NCBI GenBank assembly: GCA_002104945.1 | Contig: MCFH01000051.1 | Span: 62,001-126,000, forward strand | Reading direction: 5' to 3' | From: Piromyces finnis finn | Taxonomy: Eukaryota > Fungi > Neocallimastigomycota | DNA length: 64,000 nt | Shown here: positions 18,994 through 42,200 of the stretch, one piece after another | Position numbering within the stretch: position 1 is the stretch's first letter | Layout: every line of letters starts with the position of its first letter | Program-made: the position numbers and the translations under genes | Notes under the pieces: model-generated | What the model was told of the DNA's origin: nothing | What the model saw: only the letters and a program-made list of their open reading frames with translations | Database searches by the model: none

Positions 18994-20002
18994 TTTAATT
19001 ACTTTCCTCTTTTTATAGATATAATATTATAATAGTATCAAACTTTTTTTTTTTTTTTTTAAATATTAATTATTAAAAGATAGTAATTTAAATATTTATC
19101 ATTATTTTTATTATTTTTTTTAAATATTTTTAAATAATTATTAAATCAAAAACTATATTTATTTTTAAAATTCACATTAATAACATTTTTCCTAAAAATT
19201 ATAAAAATTATAAAACAAATTTAAATTTATAATAAAAATAAAATTTTTTTTTTGAAGTTTTAAATATTAAATTATTATCATTTTCAAATAAGTCTAATTA
19301 TTAAAAGTATTATAACTATTATATTACTGCAGCAGTAAAATAAGATAAAATATGATAAAGTTTATACTAGGCCAACATTATTAAAAATCAAAACAAAATG
19401 AATAGAATAATAATTACAGCAAATTAAAATAATGAGGAAAGAAAAAGAAATACTAATAAAATAAAATAAAGTATAAATCGTATTAATAGTGAAGTTATTC
19501 TATATTTTTTCTTAACAGATTAAAAATCATTAAAAGAATTATATTATTTTTTATATAAAACAAAAATAAATATATATAATATATACTTAAGGTATTGAAT
19601 AATATTTATTTAAATAATTTGTATAATAAAATTTATTAAATTTATTGAATATGTAAGGATTTTTTGGTAAGGAAAACAAAACTTTATAAAAGTAGTGTTT
19701 GTATTTTATAAAATTTGATAAATAAATAATAATAAAAAAAGAATGTTTGAAATAAGTGTTTACTAAATCTATATAAATAAAGCTATAATAAGTGAATCAA
19801 TTATAGTTAAATATTATTTTTTTAAGAATCACAATTTAATTTGATTTGTACAAATAAATCTAAACATCTGTTATTAATCATCTTTAAAGTTAATATTTCT
19901 CTAACTACTTTTAATAAATTAATTTTTTTTTTTTTTTATTTTTTCATTTTTTTTTTTATTTTTCTTGCATTGAAGAAATTTCTAATATCTTAATTAAAAT
20001 AT

Positions 20003-21252
20003 TTACTTTCTGAAAATAATTTTTTGTAAAATAGTTTTAACTGATGGACCCTTAATATTAGCTTGAATAATCTTTGGAATTTGCTTAGAGTTAGCAATTG
20101 CTCTACCTAAAACTGGACCAGAAATCTTTCTTACACCGAATCTTGGAGCCTTGAATACAGAATCACTTTTTAATTGTTTAGCTAATGCCTTTCCTTGTTC
20201 GCTACCGAGTTTGGTTTTGTTAACAACACTTACACGTAAATATTCTAATGGGGTGGTAAGGAAAATACTAGTCATACTAGCAGCTATACTTCCAATACCT
20301 GGAACATAAAATGGAATTGGTCTTTCTGGATGATTATTCTTGTTGTATTTAATAATAGCTCTTTGGTATAAGTCATCACAAGCAAAGAAAGTAACTAAAA
20401 ATGGCATATTACTGTAATAATGAAATTTTTATATAATTTAATTAACCATTAAATATAATTGTATATGTAATCTAAAAGAAAAAGGAAAAGCTCGCATTTA
20501 CTTACGCAAAGTAACTGTTCCAGTATCCTTTCCATAATTTGAATAATCCTTCTTTCTTAACAAAGTTGACACCAGATTTGAAGAAATTCATTTGCTTTTG
20601 ATTATTAAGTAAACGATATTGATGAATTCTTGAATATGGGAGCCAAATAGTATTTTCTAAAAGAACACCAAGAGAACCAGCACCATAAGCTAATTCAATT
20701 GGATTAATATTTGGAAAATGATTACGAGCTGGAACTTTCATAATTTCATAACTAGCTAATACAAAACCAGTAACTGGACAATTAAAGAAAACATTATTGA
20801 AAAAATCTTTTCCAACACCACTGATGTGAATATATTTTTTTAAATGTAATGGATTGTTCTTTGGAGCATCATATAAGTGAGGTTTGTATCTTTTTTCAAT
20901 TGGGTAATAAACAGTTTCTATTTTAATTTAATATACATATTTTTTTTAAATTATGAAAAATTAATGTTTTTAATTTAATTAAAGTATATAAATATAAAAA
21001 TAGGTATAATTTTATAAGTTAGATTGGTAAAATATTATTGAATATAAAATTATTTTTTTTACAAGAATAAAAAAAAATTTTAGAATATTTATATTATTTA
21101 TATTTTTTACCTGCACAAACACCCGAGAGTGTACCAATTAAAAATGAAGTAAAAATGTTACTTGGAACAATCTTATATTTCTTTTCATTTTTTGGTTTTT
21201 CAACTTCCTTTGGAGTTTCAATTTTTTGTGGTCTTAATGTTTTTCCTGACAT
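20003..21252 (-). CDS. Divergent mitochondrial/hydrogenosomal carrier family (SLC25) protein, ~320 aa, 3 exons
   Basis: Exons 21252-21111, 20917-20506, 20411-20003 join in frame. Three-repeat layout: GTLSGVCAETVYYPIEKRYK / GAGSLGVLLENTIWLPYSRIHQYR / GSIAASMTSIFLTTPLEYLRV, with KKEGLFKLWKG and FVLASYEIMK. Confidence 0.8.
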
Positions 21253-22907
21253 TTTTATTATATAACAATTCTATTTTGGTAAACGATTTAGATAAGTCGA
21301 TTTGAATAATTAATAAATTATAAATAAGTACAAACAAATATATTTTAATTTTATAATATTTAAATAAAGGGTATAGTTTTCATTTTTTTTAAGAAAAAAA
21401 AAATGATGGATTTTATGAAATTATAAGAAAATATTAATACATTTTATAATTTTATTACAATTTTTATTTTAATTTAAAAATTATTTTATAATAACAGTGG
21501 TAATAATAATAAACAAATATAATAAATAAAAATGATTTAAAGAATTTTAATTGATATTTAGTATAAGAAAGAATCAGGATTTTAAATCTCTTAAAAAAAT
21601 AATTCATTTTTTATTATAATTATAATAAAAAATTATATAAAATTTTTTATTACTTTTTATTTTATTTACCTTTTAATATACACACTAATAATAATAGATT
21701 ATACTAATTTTTGGTTTTTATCTTATTGATTTACATATGCCGTTTTACTGATTGATAAAGTAAAAAATTGACAAAAATCAATTTTAAATTTCTATTAAAT
21801 TATAGAATTTAATAGTTTAATAATTTTTGATATAAAAATTTTATTTACAATTTTAGCCTATTAATATTTTTTATTGCTTATAAATATGGGTAACAAATTT
21901 AATATTATTATATTTATTATTGTATGTATTTTGGTATATTTTTGAATATATAATGTAATAATATTAATAATATATACTAATATATATTAATAAATGGAAT
22001 TAAGTATTATTCCACTTTTTTATAATCATCTCAAAGTATATTTAATAATATTATTATTCTATATAATTCAAATATGAATATATATAATTTATACTCTTCT
22101 TTTAATTGGCTTATATTAATTAAATAGTCATAATTATAATAAAGAAATTCTTGCTTAGTACAAAAAAAAAAAAAATACATTACAATACATTTTACAATAA
22201 TAAATAATAAATAATATTAAATTATAATTTAAAAAGTTTTAATCTTGCTAAAAACTACTCTTTATTAAATAGACATTTAAATTAATTTTTAGCATATATT
22301 ACTATTAAATTTATAATGCAGTTTGTAATTATATATGAATAAACTATTTTTTTTTATTAAAGTTTAATATTTTTATTCCAAAATAACATTAAATATTATT
22401 ATTATTTTTTTTTAAATTAAATTTGTATTTTATAATTTTTATGCTTTATTGTAGTTAAACCATCAAAATTTTACTACACGATTTTTAGTAATGAAGTAGT
22501 TACAAATATATTAATTGAAATATTAATTAATATATAATATTATATAGATGAAATTAACAAATTTAATTTACCATAAAATTTTAATTATTAAAAAATGAAA
22601 TATTTAAATTTTGAATAAAAATATTTTTTTCTATGAAAAGTAAAAGATAATTAATACATTTACTTTATTGATATAACATAGAATTTAAAGTAAGACACAA
22701 AACAATCAAAATATAAATAAATAGTATTAAAAAATATATAAATAAATAATTTTACTTTTATAGAAATAAAAACAAGTATGTTTAATATATACTAATAAAC
22801 ATATTAATTTATTGTAACAAATTTATTCTGGAAATTACAAAAATATTCATTATAATTAACCAAAAAATAAACTTTTTTTTTAAAATAGATTAAAATAATA
22901 ATATAAG

Positions 22908-23834
22908 ATGCCAATTATTCATATTAAATCTGAAGTTGAATACAATAAATATGTTAGTCAAGGAAAATTGGTAATAATTTAAAAATATAATCAAAATTTC
23001 TTTTCAATAAATATATTGTTAATTATTTATTTATATTTGTAATAATGGATTAAAAATGAATAATTGAACGTAGACTGTTGTTGATTTCTTTGCTGAATGG
23101 TGTGGGTAAGATTTCTGTAATAATATTGATGATAATATAAAATAAATAATTGAAAGGAAATAAAATTATTCAGAAATATAATTTCTAATAATTATAAAAA
23201 TTAATTATTTTTTTTTTAATTTTTTTATATTTTATTTATTTTGCTTTTATAGACCATGTAAAGCAATTGCTCCACGCTTTGAGAATTTATCAAACATTTA
23301 CAGAAATGCTAATTTCTTAAAAGTTAATATTGATGAAATGAATGTATGTTGGTTAAGATTATTATATTTTTTTAAATAAATTAAACTTTTAAAAATCATA
23401 AGACATTATAAATATAATTTTTTTAGACAAAATTTTAAATATGAATATAATACTTTTAATATATTAATATAAAGTCTTTAGCTTCTGGTCTTTCAGTTGC
23501 TAGTATTCCAACATTCATTTTCTACAAATCGGGAAAGACTCTTCATCGTATTACTGGTGCAAACTATGGTGAAATAGAAAGTACTGTTAAGAAGTACTAC
23601 ACAGAAGGTGGTATGCCAACTACTGGTGGCCATGTCCTTGGTACTGGTAAAGCTCCAGCTCCAGGTCATCGTGCTACTGGATCTAATGCTCAAGGAGAAC
23701 CAGGATCATTCCAACAATTTCTCAATAACCCACCACAAACACTCATTCTTGGTCTTGTTATTGTTATTCTAATTTTCTGGTTCACTAAGGGTAAAGCTAG
23801 TGATGATGATTATGCCAGATGGTTAAAGAGTTAA
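22908..23834 (+). CDS. Thioredoxin (WCGPC) with C-terminal Gly/Pro linker and single transmembrane anchor, 4 exons
   Basis: Exons 22908-~22970, 23074-23105, 23253-23343, 23475-23834. VVDFFAEWCG|PCKAIAP (active site split by an intron), FLKVNIDE, SIPTFIFYKSG; C-terminal TLILGLVIVILIFWFT followed by a short tail. Confidence 0.9.
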
Positions 23835-24913
23835 TAACCCTAATATATTAATTAAATAGAAAATCATTCGATAGTTATAAGATAAATAATTATAATAAAA
23901 GCAATAATAGTAAAATATTAACAAATTTAAAAAAAAAAAAAAAAACAACTCTAATATAATAAATAAATAATAAAATAATAATTAACAACTCCATATAATG
24001 TAAAAGAAAGAGAACTAATAAAATAATTAATGAAATGCAAATAATAAATAATAAAATAAAATAAAATAGAACATGTTTATTATACAGTATGAAGGAATAA
24101 GTGTAGATTAAATTATTATAATTCAATGTAACAAAATTTTATGAATTTATACTTTTTTTTATTTATCCTTATTTATATTTTTAGTATAATAACAATATAT
24201 TTTTTATTATTAAATGTATAAGTTTTTTTTTTTTTTTTTAACACCTTTTTAAGGTAATTAATTGTATTATTGTATTGTTATTACTTATTTTCTTTGGATT
24301 TAATTTCGTATATTATCATTTTTTTTCTTAACATCTAAAAAAAAACTGATATTTTATAAAATTTATTTTTTTTATTTAAAATATATTACATTTAAAAGTA
24401 ATATATTAAAATATATTAATTTAATAATATAATATTTTAAAAATAAAAATAAATAAAAAAAAAGGTAAAATAATCAATTTTAAATTTATAAAAAAAAACC
24501 AAAAAATAAATATTTTTATTAAACAAGAATAATATACCAGTTTAATAATATAATAATCCAATCTTTTAGATTATATATAATATTCATTAATATTCATTAT
24601 TAACAAAAGAGTGAAAGAGTGAAAATTCAATTCGATATAAGAAGTAATTTTTATAAGATATATATATACATTTTTTTTTTAAATTCTTTTTTAAAATATT
24701 TAGAAATCATTTTGTAATATAAAATAAAACATTATTGATTAACATAATAAATCTATTTGTGTTTATATATAGTTTTACTTAACATTATTAGATTATATAA
24801 TTATTAATAATAAATAATGACTAATATTCTTTCCATCATTTTTTTTTTTTTTTTAATCATTAATTATTTAGTATTAAAAATATTAAAGTATAATTAAAAA
24901 GAATAAAGCAATA

Positions 24914-28284
<3,371 letters not shown>

Positions 28285-28999
28285 ACATTTTTCTTAGAAT
28301 AAAATTTATTATATTTTTAGGCATTTTTTTTTTTTTTATTAAAAAATTATATCATTTTATCTCTTTTTTTTTTTTTTTTTTTTTTTTTTCTACTTTTTAT
28401 TATTATTAGTTTTTATTATTATTTCAAAAAATATAAGGATAATAATTTTTATTTATGTTTTATTTTTATTATACACATGTTTACTAATATAATGAATATA
28501 ATGTAATATTTTATTAAATAAATATTAATTAAAAAAATAAGCATTCTTTACTTATTTATCAATATTATAGTACTTTTTAATTTTATATAATTTAATATTT
28601 TTTTATTTAATTATTTTTTTATATTTTTTTTTTATTTATTTTTTAATTCTATTGTATGGCTATTTTATTTTACTTACAATTTTATTATTATTCTAAAATA
28701 ATTTATTAATTTCTAATAATTTCTAGTCATTTTCTTTTAAAATCTATCTATTCTTCTTTCTTTCTTTTTTTTTTTTTTATTTTATTTTATTTTATTTTAT
28801 TTTATAAATTATTATGAGAAAATAAGGGAAAAAAAAAAAAAAAAGAAATAATCATTATACTCTCTTTTTTATCTTTTTTTTTTTTTCTCAAGTTAGAAAA
28901 ATCAAAAAATTACAAGATTTGACTATTTATAGATTATACTTATAATAATTACAATTAAATATCATTTTCTTTATGTACAATGGGATAATAATATAATAT

Positions 29000-31835
<2,836 letters not shown>

Positions 31836-32178
31836 TTTATTTTTTATTATATTCTTTTAATGATAAAAAAAAAGAAAAGAAAAGAAAAAAGGCGAGACCT
31901 TTAACTATTTTAAGTATTTATGTTTTCTAATATTATCAAAAATCTTATTATATTTAATATATATTAATTATATTTCAATTCTTAATATAATTGTAACTAT
32001 TTATTTGAACAAAATATAATTATTTTATTTAAATTTAAAAAAGAATAGATATATTTGAAAAAAAAAAAAAAAAAAAAACTAATAATATATAATATATATA
32101 TCTTAAATAAGAAATATGAGCCTTTATATGAAAAGAAATGCTCTCAAATTAATTTATACAAAAAAAATATTTAAAAAT

Positions 32179-32222
<44 letters not shown>

Positions 32223-33337
32223 CATTTTTATAATATATATATATATATATAAAGCTTGATTATTAATAATAAATTTTAATATAAGCTTTTCAAAAAGTTT
32301 TTATTTATATTTATGTATAAAAATACAAATTCTTTTAATATATAATACTGATTTAAATCAATATAATTTTTTAATTTAATTTTTCTAAATTATTATATGA
32401 ATTATTCAATTAAGCCATGATTTTATTATATAAAATCTAAAAAATAGTATTTTTACCGGAAAACTTTTTGAAATTAATTTTTCCTAATTCTTTTTATAAT
32501 TAATTAAAAAAAAAAAAAAAAAACTTTTAAGACAATGTAATAATATAATCATTATTGTTATTATAGAAAATTTATCACAACATGTTTATTAATTATATAT
32601 AGTTATTTATTTACAAAGTAAAGATATAAACATTAAAAATGTTGAAAATTATTAAAACATTTATTTATTTATATATAAAGCAATGAATAATATCATATAA
32701 AATTAAAATACAATATTAATTTTTATATAGAATATTTTCATATACAATATGAAATAATTATTCAGTTTTTATTATTTTGTCTTAAAAATATATATATATA
32801 TAACTAGGAGATAATTAATTAAAATAGATTATTTACATAAATAACAATTGCATATTCATTAATTCATTAATTAAAATTACTATTATATTAATTATTATTT
32901 TCTGAATTGTTTTCTTTTTAACTTTATTTCTATTTCATTATTTCCTTATATTTTAATTAACTTATTAAAAAAAATGGAATATGCTTAAAAAGTTTTTTAA
33001 CTTTGGTATAAATAATTTAGATACATATATTTAAGAAAATTTTGAGTAAACTTCAAATATATGTATATAAGATATAATTTAAAATAGAAATTATCTATTT
33101 TGAAATAATATTAAAAATAAATATATTTTCTTTTATTCTGTTGATATTGTTATTATTATTTTGAAAAGGAAAAAAAAAAGGAAGTGAAAATAAAAATATT
33201 GGCTTAAATACTATATGATTATAATTCTGATATGATAATTTTACATAAAAAAATTAAACATAACATTTTTAAATATTATTGTTAAAAGTTTAGGTATATA
33301 TGATGTTTACATATTAATAATGTTGAAAATTTCTATT

Positions 33338-34131
33338 TTAATATAAATCATAATCCCCAAATTCTTCAGAGAAACCTCTTTCAAGTAATATTTTTTGTTT
33401 TTGTAATTCACGGGCTTTTTTATCCTTTATCTCTTGTTCATGTAACTCTTTTATTTTTTCATATGAGACTTTATTTAAGTTTGGATAACCATCCTGTTCT
33501 TTATCTTTATCCTATTAAAATTAATAATTATTATTAAAAAGAAAAAATGAATACATATATTATTTATACGGTTTTCTATAATAACTACTAAGAACTATAA
33601 ATTATTATATATATTACTAAATATATTGTACTTTTTTTTTATTAATGAAACATACAATTTCTCCAAGTAAAACGACATTTTCTCCACGAATAATAAAAAC
33701 ACCTCTTTCTTTTTCACCGTAACAATCATTAACAATAATTCTTTCCAAGGTATTTTGAAGAACAAGATTGGCTACAAATAATATTTATTAAAATTTTTTA
33801 AAAATTATTTCATACATAAACAATTAAAAAATTGAAATACATTTTATAATACTAAAAATTCATCAAACTTTCAAAAAAAAAAAAATAGATGAATTACTAA
33901 ATCTGTTTATCTTGTTAATAAATTATAATTACCAAATTGATCATAAGAACGCAATATACCAATTAAATTTCTTCCATCTCTAAGAATTACAAGTAATTTC
34001 TCTACATGATATATTTTAATATTAATTAAAATAAACTTTGGAAATATATATGCATATAATTTACTAATTACTAAGTACATACTATCAACGGAATCAATTA
34101 AACTAGCAGTTCCTGGTAAAAAACTTTCCAT
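33338..34131 (-). CDS. LSM1: Sm-like protein Lsm1, 4 exons
   Basis: Spliced [68 protein letters not shown]; Sm1/Sm2 motifs with the Lsm1-specific PGTASL N-terminus and helical C-terminal extension. Confidence 0.94.
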
Positions 34132-35169
34132 TTTATAAGGTTATTCTATTATATAAGTATTATGGAATAATTTATTATTTTCTGTTAAAAATAAATGAAA
34201 TATTTTTATTTCTGTTTTAATTAAAGGAATTCATACAAAATGCTTTTAATATTGAATTAAAAAAAATATTATAATAACATTCAATACTTATGGTCTTCGT
34301 TATATATTCAATAATTTTATATATATTTTTTATGATTATCTTTTTACATTATTAAAAATTATTATAGATTATTAGATTTATAATCAATTCTATATTTGAT
34401 TTTATATATTCATATGTATGCTTATATAATTTAACATTATATATTTATTGTATAATGATTAATAAGAAAGCTGTATAATAAAAAAAAGAAAAAGAAAAAG
34501 TATTGTAATCAATAAATCCTATATATGTATGTATATGTATATATACTTTATATTTATTATTATATTCTTGTATATTTATAATGAATTTTAATTTCTTCCC
34601 GATTTATTAATCATTTATTTATATTATATCTTAAATTAATTTACTTTTATATTTTATAATATTTCAAATGTTTACCTATTTCTTTATTACTTGTTTATTC
34701 TTGGTTTTGGTGAAAAAGAAAATTTTGCTTTTTATTAATAAATAATTTACAAATTTTGTATAAGTAATTTTTTTTAATTTTTAATTTGAACCAATAAATA
34801 TTTAAGTTTAAATGTATCAACAACTTTTTAATTAAATTTATTTATGATTTTAATATAGTATATATAGAAATAGTAAAAAAAGATTTAAGAGAACTTTGAC
34901 AATATGAATTAAATTATATATATAGATATAATTAAAATAAAAATGAAAACAATAGAATATTCAATAAAGGAACATATATAAAAATAGCACCTAAACAATA
35001 GAAAGTAAAAAAATACAGAAAATATATTATAAATACTCAATTAATATTATAAAAAATAAGAAATAATAAAAAGAAATTTATAATAAATTAAATAATAAAA
35101 GGAATGAAAAAAATAGAATAAAGGGAAAATCGATAAAGAAATTAATAAATCACTTGAATTTTAAGGAAA

Positions 35170-38262
<3,093 letters not shown>

Positions 38263-39232
38263 AAATATTATGCATCTAACTAATCTAACTAATCTACTAA
38301 TCTAACATATTATTTTTTAAATTTTGCAACATTATTACTATTTTCAAAAATAAAATTATACTTATATATTATTTGTAAATAAATTAAAAAAATTTTTTCC
38401 TTAAATATTTTTTACATTATTTTTAATATTTACTTAATTTTAGCATATCTTTTAAAAAAAATATTATTACTTATAATAATATATCTTAAACTTCAATTAT
38501 ACCTTTGTATATTTCTTACAATATTTTTAAATGCAATCAAAAACAAATTTTTTATTTAATATAATTAAATAAATATTATAGAAAGTTGCAAAAAATAAAA
38601 GTAGAATAAAAAATAAAAATAATTTGTTTGTTACACAAAAAATTATATTATTTAAAATCAGTTTAGTAAAATTAATTTTCCATAATTTAAAACTATTTAT
38701 CATATCTTATAACACAGGTATAATATAAAAAATAAACTAATTAATAATATAATTAAAATTGTAATTTGAATAAATTTTCTCATCTCATAAAAATTAATCA
38801 TACATTATATGTAATATGCATTTTTAAATATTTAATATAATTAATTAATACAATAATAATAATAATAATAAATAAAAAACCTATGGTATTGATCATTTGT
38901 TTGTCTTTATTGTTATTTTTGTTGTTAAATTTTATTTTAAAAAAAAATATAAAATGTATGTTATGTATCTATATCTTTATTTTTATTAAAGATGGGTATT
39001 TTAAACATATAATTAATAGATCATGAATATTTATGATGTTAATATATGATGATATAAAAAAAAAAAAAAAAAAAAGAAAGAAAATAAATAGCATTTATAT
39101 TATAACTTTATGTATATGGTGGTATAGATATTAAAATTAAAACTTATTCAAAATAAAAAATTAAAAAAAGGAAAACCAACATTTTAATAATAATAATTTG
39201 TTTAAAAAAAATGGTACTCTAATATTTATATT

Positions 39233-42200
39233 CTAATATTCATCAATAATATTAGATAAAATTTGTGATTTTTTTATTATTAATCTGGCTTGAGATTGTC
39301 TAATAGCTTGTTGCTTTTCACGTTGATAAAGATTACGATCTGATAAACTCCTGTTTTCAACATCTGATGAAAATGAATCATTTTTCACTGTTTCTGGAAT
39401 AAATTCATGACTGTCCTTAAAATTTTTAGGTAAATCATAATTCTAATAAATCATTTTTTATAAATTTAGTATATATTAGTTAATTGCTTTTCTAATTTAT
39501 AATGTGTAATTATTCTATTTACCCAATAATTATCATTAACAAGTTCAAAAAATTCTTTAAATAAATAATTATCTTCCAAGGTTTTAATAGAACCTACAAC
39601 AATTAACTTTCTTTTTGCTCTTGTAAAAGTAACATTAATTCTTCTCCAATCCTTCAAAAGCATACCAATCTAATATTAAAAAAAATAATTTTGAAATATA
39701 TACATTAGATTATTTTCAATACCACTATTAAAACAACTTTTTTCTGGAATAAAGAAGATATTGAAGAATATTTAAAATTTTAACAATGATTAAATTATTA
39801 ATCTTACATTTCCTTTTTTATTAGATCTTACTAAAGATACAATAATACAATCTTTATCTTTTCCTTGGAATTTATCAACAGTGTGAATTTCCAATTCTTT
39901 TAACGATTTTAATTCTTTTTTAAAATGAGTGTGTAATTGTTTTACTTGTGCACGATATGGTGAAATTATACCAATAGAAGAGTTAGGTATACCACAAGTC
40001 TTCAAAGATTTTACAATTTGTAAAATAATTTCAGATTCTGTTTCATTATAAATTAAATTTGAATTACTATCTTCTGTAGTATCCAATTTATCAGTATTCA
40101 AGAAGATTACAGAATTACTATTTCATTAATAATATATAATTTATAAAACAATATAAATATATATAATAAATATTATTAGTAATTTAAACAACAGAAATAA
40201 TAAATAATCTACTATATAAATACATATAAAATACTCACTTTGGATTAAGAACATGTTTAATCCAACAATGATCATTACCGAGACATCTAGAACCTGAATT
40301 AACTTGAGATGAAAAACGATGAATTTCATCTAATTTTCCCGGTTCTGGAATTTCTAATAACAGATGGCGAGCTTCTTCTGTACCACACCTTAGTTTATAA
40401 TTGTAAATCAATTGATTAGAAATTTTCATAATCTCTTTGTTCATACGGTATTGGAATTTCAAATATGAAACAGCTTCAGGGTGAGCCTCAGATAAATGCT
40501 TAAAAAGACTTGATAAATCACTATTTCTTGCTTCAGATGATCTCATCTATTTGATTTAATATTGATATTTAAAGATATTAACAAACAATATATATAATAA
40601 AATATTTGTTTTATAATTGTAATATTCATAATAAAATTAATATCTTACCAAAGGTGGTAATTGATAATGATCACCAACTAAAACAAAAGTTTTGGCATAT
40701 TTTAATGGACCTATTGTAATTGGGAGAGTAATTTGTGAAGCCTCATCAACAATACAATAATCAAAATGAAATTTTTTAAATATGGCACTATTAATATAAA
40801 AAAGATAAAAATATAAATTATTAAAATATATATTTACTATTTAATTTAATATAAAAGAAAATTAAATAAATATAACAATTCCTACTTTGCTGAACCAAGA
40901 CATGTAGTGGCAAATATATTTTTTGATTTATAGAAAGTTTCTAATTTTTTTACTGTATCTATACTTTCATCAATAACTTTTTTATCTCTATGAATTGATG
41001 GATGGATCTGTTTATCAGTTTATATAAATTAGAAAAAAAAAAAAAGATTAATAATTCTTTTTTTCATTATTTATTAAATATTGAATTTTCATTTACATTT
41101 CGCAATTACCTTATCAATATTTCCTACTCTGAAAAAATCAATATTTTTTTCTTGAAGCTTTAATAAAATATTATCAACGGCAGTATTGGTATATGAAGTA
41201 ATTAAAACTTTCTTATTATTCTTTATTAAAATTTCAATTAACGCTGTTATGGTTGTAGTTTTTCCTGTTCCAGGCATACCAAGTATTAAACTATAATCGA
41301 TAGCTAAATTAAAAATTAAATGTAATAGAAAAAAAATAAATAAAATTATATTTATAATTATATCAATTTATTAAATGAGGAGTATATTATATTACTACAA
41401 TATATCTAATATATATAATATAATATTAGATTAATTACCAGATAAAGCTTTTTCGACAGCATTCTTTTGATAAGGATCCAACCTTTCAGCAATATTTTTG
41501 GGTATAGTCATTTCTTTTTTGTTAAATTTAGGGATTTCTAAATCAACAATAAGTTTTCTTAAATTATTATTATCCTGTGATCTAAATAAATCCAATAAAT
41601 TATTTCTTGTAATATTAATACCAGAACTCATTTCATCTTTATCAATTCGATATAATAACTTTTTCATTATTTTCTCACGAGAATCATCTTCTGTGATTTG
41701 ACTATTATGACGCTTTAAATTATTATCAGATAAAGACAACATTGGATATCTTTGAGAACACGAGTTTTGTGATGAAAAGAGGTTGTTAAAATAATCAGTT
41801 TTCTTATGCTTAGTGTCTTCCAAAAGTGTAAGATATTTGAAATTTTGATTTGAATCTTTATTAAAATCTTTCTCTTTAATAGGAATTCCTAATAAAGGTT
41901 TTCCTATACTTACTGCAACATAATTACTATTTAATTCAGTAATAAAACCAATACCAATTGCAAAATGATCTTCTTCACTAGAAATAACCACTGGATCACC
42001 AATATTTAACTGATAATTAAGTAAAGATTCTCCTTCTTCCGACTTATCTCTTTCAAAATAATATTTATAACATTCTTCTTTAATTATCTTCATATTAGAA
42101 AAGCATCTTTTAAATATTATAACCAAATTTATTTATATGATATATAATAAAATGCGTGTCAATAAATAATAATAATAATAATAACTATATTAAGTATATT

